64,000 nt of DNA, taken from the NCBI GenBank assembly GCA_965223265.1, contig OZ244999.1, positions 6,432,001 through 6,496,000 of the forward strand, in the 5' to 3' direction. This DNA is from Planctomycetota bacterium (GTDB lineage Bacteria > Planctomycetota > UBA8108 > SXIK01). Under the pieces are notes generated by a model. The model saw only the letters and a list, made by a program, of their open reading frames with translations. It did no database searches and was not told the DNA's origin. Below, one piece after another: positions 28,113 through 36,779 of the stretch. Made by a program: the position numbers and the translations under genes. Within the stretch, counting starts at the first letter, position 1. Each line of letters begins with the position of its first letter.

Positions 28113-28883
28113 TCATTCCCGTGTGAGATTCGAGGCGACGACCGGGCACTCCAGGATGCCGACGCCCGTAATCTCAACCTCGACAACGTCACCGGCACGC
28201 ATCTTTGGGATGGCTTTGCTGGCCCCCGTGAAGATCACGTCGCCGACTTCGAGAGTGATGGACTGAGACACCATCGAGACGAGCTCGGCTGGCCCCATCA
28301 CCATGTGATCCGTGTTCGTGCGTTCGAGCTCACGCCCGTTGACACGCAGTATGATGTCGTGGCCGGACGCCCCAAGTGACCGGACGATCCGCCCTCCAAC
28401 GGGAGCAATTCCATCTGCAGACTTCCCGGCCAACGACGGCGCCAGCTGCAACTGGCCGTCCGCGTCGGTAACAGACGGCGAACCGTCCATGCCGCAGGTG
28501 TAACCGTAGATGAACTCCTCCGCCTCGTCGACCGACACGTTGCGCGCCCGTCGCCCGATGATGATCACCAGTTCTGCTTCGTAGAGAACGGTGTCATAAG
28601 CGTGAGGCAGAACGATCGGGTCGCCCGCTCGGGCCAGCGACGAGGCTGCACGGACGAAGAAGCCAGGCTTTGCGACCGGCACGTCGGGATCGAGCGGCGG
28701 AAAATTCTTCATGATGCCGATTGCCTTCGTCGGCGGCGGCAAAAGCTCAAAGAGACGTGCACGCGGCAGCTCCGAAGGAACCAAATCCGGAGACTGAGCG
28801 CAGCCGGGAAACCCACCGAGCGAAAGCAAGAGCAAAACCAAGCCAGCGCCATGAGCGCAGACGAGGGAACGATACCCACTCAT
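28113..28883 (-). CDS. Fumarylacetoacetate hydrolase family protein with N-terminal hydrophobic leader
   Basis: YEAELVIIIG, YGYTCGMD, GKSADG..PVG, TLEVGDVIFTG, GDVVEVEITGVG; start uncertain (track 28982). Confidence 0.85.
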   Translation of the reverse strand: MSGYRSLVCAHGAGLVLLLLSLGGFPGCAQSPDLVPSELPRARLFELLPPPTKAIGIMKNFPPLDPDVPVAKPGFFVRAASSLARAGDPIVLPHAYDTVLYEAELVIIIGRRARNVSVDEAEEFIYGYTCGMDGSPSVTDADGQLQLAPSLAGKSADGIAPVGGRIVRSLGASGHDIILRVNGRELERTNTDHMVMGPAELVSMVSQSITLEVGDVIFTGASKAIPKMRAGDVVEVEITGVGILECPVVASNLTRE

Positions 28884-29224
28884 CTGGTGCCTCATTCGAG
28901 AAGAAAAGAATAGAAGTTGGTGAACGCCTCTCAGTACTCCCAGCGCCTTCCGGCAAAGCGAATCTTCGCACGTCTGTCGCAAGCGCCGGAGACAGTTCTC
29001 GGCACGCGCACGCCTTCAGTGAACCGCTCTCGGAATGCACGAACATACCGAGTCGCGGGCTGCGTGGCAAGCGCGCCAGCCGCCGGGTACGCCGGATGCT
29101 TTCCAATCGTGGTGTTGGCTCGTATCATGGCAAGCTTCCTGGCCGGACACCGCGCCCGGACACCGCGCACCGTCAGCAAAGACTCTTCTGTCCCGAAGGC
29201 GCTCAAGTCGCAAGATCGACAGCG

Positions 29225-30613
29225 ATGAAGGAATACCTCGACCCCACGGGCTGCCCCGGCGAGAAGCCGCAGCTCAAGAATATGGCCGCCGACACCAGGG
29301 CCTTGCACGACGCGATCGATCGCGTCATGCGCGAGCAGGGCGTGCCTTATTTGCACCCAGCCGGCGCCAGCATTCAGCTGGACATGCTCGGCTCCCAGCG
29401 CGTGATCGCCTGGCAGGAAGGCAAGGCGGAGGCGGTGTTTAGCGGCGACGCGTGCTGGTCGCAGCTGCCGCAGATCTACGGTCGTTACGGAGTCGAGAGC
29501 AGCCGCACGTTGATCGCAACCGTCCGCAAGTTGGAGCAGGCAGCGGGCGCGATCGTCACCGATTGCGGCATGCAGGCGTGTGCGCTTCTCTTCGACGTTC
29601 TCTTGCAGCCAGGGAGCCACGCGGTCGTTTTGCGACAGGTCTACAACAAAGCGAAGAAGCACCTCGAGTGGCTTGCCCAGCGCACCGGGTCCAGTTTGAC
29701 GTTCGTCGATGGTCTGGGAGTGGACGAATTGGAACGCGCCGTGCGCCCAACCACTCGACTCGTATTCTACGAAACCTACTCGAACCCCCTCACCCGTGCG
29801 CTCGACCCTGAGGAGCTTGGCGCCGCCGCCGCTCGACTGCGCGCGGCGAAGGCACCTGGCCTACACCTAGTGGTCGATGACACCGTCGCGTCTCCCTGGG
29901 GATTAAAAAAGCCGCTTCTGAGCTACGATGGAATTCACGCGGTGGTCGCCAGCGGTACGAAGTCCTTGGCTGGACAGGATCGCGACCTGTGGGGTTACGT
30001 CGCCGCGAACGACCTGGATCTCATGAATGAGGTGATGGATCTGGAGGCGACCCGTGGTGGCGGTCTGGACTGGCGCCGCGCTGAGGCGATCGTGGCGGGG
30101 CTGGACCGGGCGCGTGACCGCTTCGAGCAGCGCTGCTCGGCCGCAACTCGCGTCGCGGGGTTCCTTGCGGGACATCCCCGCGTCGAGAAGGTCTTCCATC
30201 CAAGCTTGTCCTCGCACGTCGATGCCGAAACGGTTCGCAAACACTACCGTCTCCCCGGGTCGCTCGTCGCCTTTCGCGTCGCGGGCCTCTCTGAAGACGG
30301 CGCTCGACACTTCGCCGACGTGCTCGCCACCACCACCGTGCCTCGATATGCCCTGAGCTTCGACGGATTGAGCACGAAGATCAATCACCACGTGACCGTC
30401 TCAGAGTATTTCACTCCTGCCGACGAGCTGGCCCGCTGCGGCTTCGATCGAATTCTCCGCCTTGGAGTCGGGACGGAACACCCAGATGATCTCATCGCCT
30501 GTCTCAACTGGGCGCTCTGGCACCATGATTCCGTCGACGCTCAAGAAGTCGCCGCCTGGCAGCGGCAGAGGACCGAGGATCTAGGGATTTACCAGGAAGA
30601 CGCGAAGCCGTAG
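29225..30613 (+). CDS. PLP-dependent Cys/Met metabolism family enzyme (divergent)
   Basis: YGRYG, GMQA, ETYSNP, VVDDT, SGTK (PLP lysine), LRLGVGTE..DDLI; likely ATG 29225 (track start 28721). Confidence 0.85.
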   Translation: MKEYLDPTGCPGEKPQLKNMAADTRALHDAIDRVMREQGVPYLHPAGASIQLDMLGSQRVIAWQEGKAEAVFSGDACWSQLPQIYGRYGVESSRTLIATVRKLEQAAGAIVTDCGMQACALLFDVLLQPGSHAVVLRQVYNKAKKHLEWLAQRTGSSLTFVDGLGVDELERAVRPTTRLVFYETYSNPLTRALDPEELGAAAARLRAAKAPGLHLVVDDTVASPWGLKKPLLSYDGIHAVVASGTKSLAGQDRDLWGYVAANDLDLMNEVMDLEATRGGGLDWRRAEAIVAGLDRARDRFEQRCSAATRVAGFLAGHPRVEKVFHPSLSSHVDAETVRKHYRLPGSLVAFRVAGLSEDGARHFADVLATTTVPRYALSFDGLSTKINHHVTVSEYFTPADELARCGFDRILRLGVGTEHPDDLIACLNWALWHHDSVDAQEVAAWQRQRTEDLGIYQEDAKP

Positions 30614-30847
30614 AATCTCGACACTCCATCGCGCAGACTTGGGAGTCAGCCCGTCTTGCCGCCAGACTCGGCACGGGAACGAGACCGAGACGACTCCTGC
30701 TGAAGCGCTCGAGCGGGTTCGGACGCGCTCGGGACTGAATCACTGCCATTCGGGTTTGACCCGTAGGAGCTGGGCCGCGAAAGGCACTGTTCGACAGGCG
30801 GCCAACCCTCGATCTCAAGAATCCAAAAATCTGACCGGAGGCTGAAC

Positions 30848-31288
30848 GTGTCAAAGTTGGTGTTGGAGTTCCACGACTGGAGAGAGTTGCGTGCCGACGA
30901 CGAGAACGAACGCGCCGCGCTTTTTCTTTTCAGCCTCGCGAGTGAAAGCAGCCGCAAGGCCGGCATCCGCCTCGATCAGGAGCACACGTTTTGGACGGAA
31001 GTGAAGCTTCGTCGCGACCTGGCAGCGCGAGGAAGCTGGCCGCAGCTGTCGAAGCAAGACACGCTCAAGGCGATGTTTCGCTGGGCACAAGAGCGCATTC
31101 TGGCGCGCGGCACGAAACTTCGGCAAGCGCCGATGTTCTGGACCGCGACGAGTCCACTAGCCTCCGGACCGCCGTGGGACCTGAGCTCGGTGCAGTTTCC
31201 GAAAGCTCCGCCGGTGACGTTCGAGGTGACGCAGGAGATGGCGGAGTCCGGAACGGGTTCGCGCGTTGGCGCGGGTCACCCGGCGTAA
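30848..31288 (+). CDS. Hypothetical protein
   Basis: GGAGG RBS before GTG; protein-like composition. Confidence 0.6.
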   Translation: MSKLVLEFHDWRELRADDENERAALFLFSLASESSRKAGIRLDQEHTFWTEVKLRRDLAARGSWPQLSKQDTLKAMFRWAQERILARGTKLRQAPMFWTATSPLASGPPWDLSSVQFPKAPPVTFEVTQEMAESGTGSRVGAGHPA

Positions 31289-31321
31289 TCGCCTGGTCGA
31301 CTCCGTCCAGCTGAGAATGCC

Positions 31322-32701
31322 CTATGGATCTATCTGCACCTTGAGGCGAGTTTCGAACGTATGGGCAACCAACTCGCCAGGCTTTGGGACGCGCAAACGG
31401 TAGGTCCGCGCATCGCGTCCTCGGCGCCCGGGAGAAAAAGTCACCATCCAGTTCGCTCCCGTCTTCGACCCGCGTCTCGACGCGCCCCTCGACACGGGTC
31501 GAGCACCGCTGGCGCGGGTGACCACGTTTTTCGCATCGACGATGGACAGGGAGCGCATTGGGAGAGGAAAACCCGTAGCCTCGAGCAGTACCTCAAGGTG
31601 TCGGCCTCGGAAACGCTCCCCGCGGACATGAAGTGTCGATTGACCCAGTTCGATCAGCGACGGAAAAACCGGGACTTGGACGTCCTCGTCAGCACCTAGT
31701 TGCCGTACGATCAATTTCCCGCTGCCTATCTTCTCACCCACCTCCTCGACTGGAAAACGCACGGTGAGCTTTGCTTCTTGGCGTTTAACTTCACCGCCCA
31801 CAACGCCTTCGACGCGGTCGCCGCCGGCAGTGAGGAGGTCAACGATCGGAAGAAACCGTCGACGCTCGAGCTCGAGTTTTTTGAGCTGAACTTCGATCGT
31901 GTGTAGATCCTTGTCGCTGGAGACGCTCACAACGCGCAGCGAGCCTCCCTCGCCAACGTTCTGCCATGTGCGAGTCATCGCGTTGAGAGGCTGATCTGTC
32001 GTCACTTCTTGCCACTGTGCGCACAGACGAGTCTTCACCCGAAACTTGAGGCGAGCCTTACCAGTCCGGACTCCCCCCTTGAAGCAGCGCAGGAGCCAGG
32101 TGCCAGCGATCTGGTCCGATTGACGCGCCTCACCATCTGCCCCCGAGTCGAATCTGCGCTTGCCCTGCTGCGAAGTCAAATCGAGTCGCCAACGCTGAAA
32201 GTCAATCGCTCCGAAGCGAGGCTCGGCTTGGACGTGAATCCAAAGTGAGCGAACGTCACCGTTGAGTCGCACAACCGGTGTCAGGCGGAATGCGCCTTCC
32301 TCGACTGTCGCCCCGATTGGCATATAGGCGCCGAAACGGCGATCGCTCGCATCGGGCGCGGGAAGAGCGAGTCGGAGCATCTGGCCTCGATTGTCGGCAA
32401 ACGTGTAGCCCGTCTCTTTCGAGATCACCTCGACCAGCGACCAGAAACTCCATGACTCCTGGGGCCGGAGCTTCACTTGCCGCGCCAACACTTCGTCGAC
32501 GTCAGAAACCTTCCCGGAAAGCTTGATTCGATTTCCCGTTTGATTCTCGATCTGCTGCAGAAGCTCCCCGAACGTCAACTGCGTCGCGCTCAATCTCACC
32601 CGCGAGCCATGTTTCAGCTCGTCCTGGAGCTCGCCGGGTGCTGCTGCGTGGGAATTCAACAAAAGCGTCGAGAGCAATACCATTGCCCCTAGGTGCATCA
32701 C
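31322..32701 (-). CDS. Hypothetical exported protein
   Basis: GGAGG RBS, signal peptide ending SHA-A, 459 aa, 6 bp after the amidohydrolase stop. Confidence 0.7.
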   Translation of the reverse strand: MMHLGAMVLLSTLLLNSHAAAPGELQDELKHGSRVRLSATQLTFGELLQQIENQTGNRIKLSGKVSDVDEVLARQVKLRPQESWSFWSLVEVISKETGYTFADNRGQMLRLALPAPDASDRRFGAYMPIGATVEEGAFRLTPVVRLNGDVRSLWIHVQAEPRFGAIDFQRWRLDLTSQQGKRRFDSGADGEARQSDQIAGTWLLRCFKGGVRTGKARLKFRVKTRLCAQWQEVTTDQPLNAMTRTWQNVGEGGSLRVVSVSSDKDLHTIEVQLKKLELERRRFLPIVDLLTAGGDRVEGVVGGEVKRQEAKLTVRFPVEEVGEKIGSGKLIVRQLGADEDVQVPVFPSLIELGQSTLHVRGERFRGRHLEVLLEATGFPLPMRSLSIVDAKNVVTRASGARPVSRGASRRGSKTGANWMVTFSPGRRGRDARTYRLRVPKPGELVAHTFETRLKVQIDP

Positions 32702-32707
32702 AACCTC

Positions 32708-34228
32708 CTAAGAAGACGAAGAGTCGAGCGGTCTCTCCCGCTGCCAACGTGCAAACGCCCCTGCGCAACGGCTGACGTCGCGCCCAATCGATTCCTCATC
32801 GAGAGTCACAACCGCCGCGCCGTCGTACAAGACCTTTCCGTCCACGACGGTCAGCTGAACATCGCGGCCGCTAGCGCAAAAGAGCATGCTGACGAGTGGG
32901 TCGTAGACAGGTTCCTGCCGTACCCCGGAAAGGTCCAAGGCGATCAGATCAGCCCGTTTGCCGGGCTCGAGCGTACCGATCTCGTCGGCAAGCCCCAAGG
33001 CGCGGGCACCTCCTATTGTCGCCAGTTCCAAAAGACGAGGAGCATCCACGCGACGCGCGTGATGTGTGCCTGACGCCGTCAGCTCTCCTCCATGTTGACC
33101 CTCTTGCGCTCGCGCCAACAGGAAGGCAACGCGCGCCTCGTCGAAGAGGTCACAGCTGTTGTTGCTGACGGTGCCGTCCGTTCCAAGCGCGATCTCGACG
33201 CCGGCTGCGAGGAGCTGCGACAGCGGCGCGATTCCGTGGGCGAACTTTGCGTTCGACTTTGGGCAGTGGACGACTTTGGCGCCGCGCGACGCGATGAGTC
33301 CTACGTCACTGGCATCAACGTCGACCGCATGGACGAGTAGCGGGGCTGTCTCAAGAATTCCGCAATCTTCGAGAAGACGCACTGGAGAGACGCGACGCGC
33401 GGTCACCGGAATCTCTCGACGACGGTGATCGTCTGCGAATGGGCCCGCTCCGTCGCGCACGAACGCCCGCTCAGCCTGCGACTCCGCCACATGGATCGAA
33501 ACTGGAAGCGACATCGACGTCGCCAGCCGCGCCACGCGCGCGAAGAGCTCAGTGGATACCGTGTACGGCGCGTGAGGCGACACACCGACGCGCACACGGG
33601 AGCTCTGGCGCCGTAGCAGCGGATCGAGTCGCTCGGTGAGAGCCTCAAGGCTCCGCACGGCGTCACGTGGATGTGGACCGAAGACTTCCTGGAACGTCAC
33701 TCCACGTACACCAGACTCTTCGAGCGCCCCGAAGATCGCGGCGTGGTCTGACGCGTCACCCACCGTGGTGATGCCACTGCGAATCGCTTCGATCAGCCCC
33801 CAACGCGCAGCCGTCTCGAAGGTCTCGCTGGCCACCTCCGAATACTTGAGCGCCGTGAGATGGCGAATCCACGCAAAAAAACCACTCTCTTCACACAAGC
33901 CCCGAAATAGCGACAGGTCGAGGTGCGTGTGCGCGTTGACCAAACCAGGAAGAACCGCGCAGCCAGGAAGGTCGACCAACTCCGCGCCGCCGCTCGCCTG
34001 AGCCTGAGCCAAGACCTCAGCGCGTGGACCGACGCACTCGATCCGCGCCCCTGAGGTCAAGACGGCACCATTTTCGATGACCGGGCTCGAAACCGGCACG
34101 ACCCAGCGCGCGGCATACACCCGCTGGCTCGAAGACGATGACGAAGTGAGTCCACCGATCGTGGACGCGACGGTGTCGGTCTGGACCGGTTTCGGCGAAT
34201 GGTCAGACGATGGACGATCACTTGGCAT
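32708..34228 (-). CDS. Metal-dependent amidohydrolase (MTA/SAH deaminase-like)
   Basis: PGLVNAHTHL, SPHAPYT, IHVAES, HCPKSN, ALGTDG, GTLEPGKRADL. Confidence 0.9.
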   Translation of the reverse strand: MPSDRPSSDHSPKPVQTDTVASTIGGLTSSSSSSQRVYAARWVVPVSSPVIENGAVLTSGARIECVGPRAEVLAQAQASGGAELVDLPGCAVLPGLVNAHTHLDLSLFRGLCEESGFFAWIRHLTALKYSEVASETFETAARWGLIEAIRSGITTVGDASDHAAIFGALEESGVRGVTFQEVFGPHPRDAVRSLEALTERLDPLLRRQSSRVRVGVSPHAPYTVSTELFARVARLATSMSLPVSIHVAESQAERAFVRDGAGPFADDHRRREIPVTARRVSPVRLLEDCGILETAPLLVHAVDVDASDVGLIASRGAKVVHCPKSNAKFAHGIAPLSQLLAAGVEIALGTDGTVSNNSCDLFDEARVAFLLARAQEGQHGGELTASGTHHARRVDAPRLLELATIGGARALGLADEIGTLEPGKRADLIALDLSGVRQEPVYDPLVSMLFCASGRDVQLTVVDGKVLYDGAAVVTLDEESIGRDVSRCAGAFARWQRERPLDSSSS

Positions 34229-34427
34229 CGCGGTTCACTCTCTCAACAACTTTGACGGTCTCTTCCGCGCTCAAACGAGAGGCCCACCCGCAGCGCAACG
34301 CACTCGAAACGCCTTCTGCCGTAGCCCTCGCTCCTCGAACACCCTCCCTCGCGAGCACCTTCGTGCGCACAAGCAGTCCGACTCGCGACCTCGCCCCGAC
34401 ACGCATCACCACAAACTCAACGCAGGT

Positions 34428-34477
34428 AAAAAAAAGCGGCCGCCACTCCTGGGTCAGAGAGAGTGGCGCACCGCTTT
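34428..34477 (-). terminator. Intrinsic terminator downstream of sigma factor gene
   Basis: Minus strand AAAGCGGTGCGCCACTC...GAGTGGCGGCCGC-T8. Confidence 0.7.
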
Positions 34478-34583
34478 GAGGGGGTTGGGAGGGATGCTCG
34501 GCCCGGTGAAGGGCCGAGGGTTCGGGTCGATGGGATTCTGGTTTTGTTTTCTATCCCGAAAATGGCTCGCGCGCTCCGTCAGC

Positions 34584-35804
34584 TCAGTTGCGCGCCAACG
34601 CGGCGCCGGAACCATCGACAAGATCGAGTTCTTCGTAGACTTCTACCAGGTCGTTATCGTGCTTCATGTGCTCGAGCGCCTCGCGCTCGATCTGCCGGAT
34701 CCTCTCGCGCGAAAGATTGAGGTGAGTGCCTATTTCCTCTAGGGTCTGCGGGCGTTCACCGCCGAGCCCAAAGCGCCGCTGCAGTACGTCGCGCTCGCGC
34801 GTGCTCAGCGACTCCAGCGCTTCGGCCACGGCTTTTGGGACACGCCCGATGTGGAGCCCGCGGCTACCAGCCGCCTGGGGTGACACGTCCTTGACGTCGA
34901 ACGAAAAGCGGTCATCGCTATCATCGGAATCGCCGGCAGAGAAGAGGACGGTCTCGGTCAAGATCCGTCGCACGCGATCGGCTTCGTTCTCGGCGAGTCG
35001 ACAAGTTTTCTTTCGCAGCTCCTCTTGCACCGCCTGGGGCACACGGATGACTCGCGACTTGTCGATCAGAGCCTTGCGAATCGACTGCCGAATCCAATAC
35101 GTGGCGTAGGTCGAAAACCGAATGCCGCGCGTCGGATCGTAGCGGAAGACGGCTTTGTGCAGCCCGATGATCCCCTCTTGGAAGAGATCGCTGCGGCGCA
35201 TTCCGGTCGGGTGGTAACGGAAGACTTCCTTCATGACGAGGCGGAGGTTCGGCAAAACCATGCGATCACGATCGTTCGCGAGGATCTCCAGGGCACGCCC
35301 CAGCACCCGATGCAGTCGCGGGAATTCAGCCAGCTGGCCCATGGCGCCAGGCTTCTGATCACTCTCAAAGACTTCTCGGGACCACTGCAGCAGCGTCTCA
35401 GGGTCGAGGTTGTAGGTCTCGAGCACTTTGACGCCGCGCCGATAGGCCTGGCGCGCCTTCTTTTCATCACCGTTTTCGACCCAGCGCTCAGCCCGCTCGA
35501 GCGCTCGCGTAGCCTTGCCAAAGTCGGCCTCGATCCGATCCTTGAACGACAGCCAAGTGTACATGAGGGAACCACCGCTGGTCACCTCGCTCATACGCGC
35601 GAGGAGACGCCTGTAGCCGACGGGGTGGCGCGGCAGGAGTGTGCGCAGGCGCCGGAGAGATTGACGCACCTTGGAGCCGAGAAAGATCTCTTCCTCACGG
35701 GTCAACAGTGGGCGCACCGGCACCTCAAGATCCATCAGCGAAAGTGGCCTTGGAGAGGCAGCCGCTGCAGGAGCTTTCAGCTTTGATTGTTTGGGAGTTT
35801 TCAT
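34584..35804 (-). CDS. Sigma-70 family (RpoD/RpoS-like) RNA polymerase sigma factor
   Basis: Region 1.2 PLLTREEE; region 2 NLRLV..DLFQEG..FSTYATYWIRQ; region 4 TLEEIG..LSRERIRQIE. Likely ATG 35804 (track start 36137). Confidence 0.9.
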   Translation of the reverse strand: MKTPKQSKLKAPAAAASPRPLSLMDLEVPVRPLLTREEEIFLGSKVRQSLRRLRTLLPRHPVGYRRLLARMSEVTSGGSLMYTWLSFKDRIEADFGKATRALERAERWVENGDEKKARQAYRRGVKVLETYNLDPETLLQWSREVFESDQKPGAMGQLAEFPRLHRVLGRALEILANDRDRMVLPNLRLVMKEVFRYHPTGMRRSDLFQEGIIGLHKAVFRYDPTRGIRFSTYATYWIRQSIRKALIDKSRVIRVPQAVQEELRKKTCRLAENEADRVRRILTETVLFSAGDSDDSDDRFSFDVKDVSPQAAGSRGLHIGRVPKAVAEALESLSTRERDVLQRRFGLGGERPQTLEEIGTHLNLSRERIRQIEREALEHMKHDNDLVEVYEELDLVDGSGAALARN

Positions 35805-36320
35805 TGAAAGCGACCTTTCCTGATACTTGCTTCCCCCGACAAACCTCGACTTAGAAGTACCGGCGAGTCGGACGATTCGTAAAAAGGGGGAGCTCTTGTG
35901 CAGGGTCGAGCACCAAAAGTCACGCGGGCCTTTGCCGCCGGCAAAGGAGACGGTCCCGAGTGGCTCTTGACTCTTCTCAACACTTTTGACGCGCAAAGAG
36001 TGTTCCTGTTGCAAAAAAAAGCCGGGAAAACTTTGCCGTCGCCCGACCGACGCCGAGAGACTCCCGTAAAGATTTAATTCAACGGGACTTACAAAACCGA
36101 CAAAGAATCCGCTCAGCAACTCACGGAAGCGCCGCACAGTGGCGGTGGTGACTTGTCAGGTGTTTGCGGATCAAACAGCGCTCGACGAGCCCGTTCTGCC
36201 GCAACGCAAAACGCTCTCCGGTTCACGTCGAACTCTCGTGAAAGTGTCTCCCTTCTTCCGACGACGCGCGCCGAGCCCGGTATGACTCGCGACACCGCAC
36301 TGGGAACACGGAGGGACGCG

Positions 36321-36398
36321 ACTCTGTAACGACACTCTGTAACGACTCTGTAACGGAACTCGGTCCCGGGCTGTAACGCGCGGCGCTGGAGAACGTCT
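36321..36398 (+). promoter_or_regulatory. Three ACTCTGTAACG direct repeats followed by ECF-type promoter
   Basis: ACTCTGTAACG x3 (36321-36355), then TGTAAC-N16-CGTC (36372-36397) just before ATG 36410. Confidence 0.55.
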
Positions 36399-36409
36399 AT
36401 GACCGTGTC

Positions 36410-36628
36410 ATGAAGAACCACACCATCAACACTGTGATCGCAGGCATCGTGGGTGCGATCTCTTCTCGTTTCATCTTCGGCCTGCTGGGCTGGGGCGGAG
36501 GAAGCCTGTTCGGTATGGTCGCCGGGGTCGCACTCTACCGCCTCGGAAGCCGAGCGTCCGCACGGTCGATGTCGAGGCCGGGCGACGCATCGCGGCCCGT
36601 TCCGCGCCGCGCCGCCTCACACCGCTAA
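36410..36628 (+). CDS. Small Gly-rich membrane protein (GlsB/YeaQ-like)
   Basis: IAGIVGA..FIFGLLGWGGGSLFGMVAGVALY, two hydrophobic helices. Confidence 0.55.
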   Translation: MKNHTINTVIAGIVGAISSRFIFGLLGWGGGSLFGMVAGVALYRLGSRASARSMSRPGDASRPVPRRAASHR

Positions 36629-36779
36629 CAGCCCGCATTCCTCACAAGTTCCTCGTCGCTCAACCGCAAACGAACCACCGTCGTTCACACGGATTCACGG
36701 GTTCGTTGTGTGCCGCTCTTGCGAGAGCCTGCGACGCGCCGCGTGCCCCGCGCCCCTGCGGCAGCTGGTCGAGGCAACG

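Noticed and set aside
28721-29224. 168-aa N-terminal extension of the PLP enzyme, or a SAM riboswitch upstream
   Set aside because: The extension overlaps the divergent FAH gene and looks non-coding; no S-box core is visible
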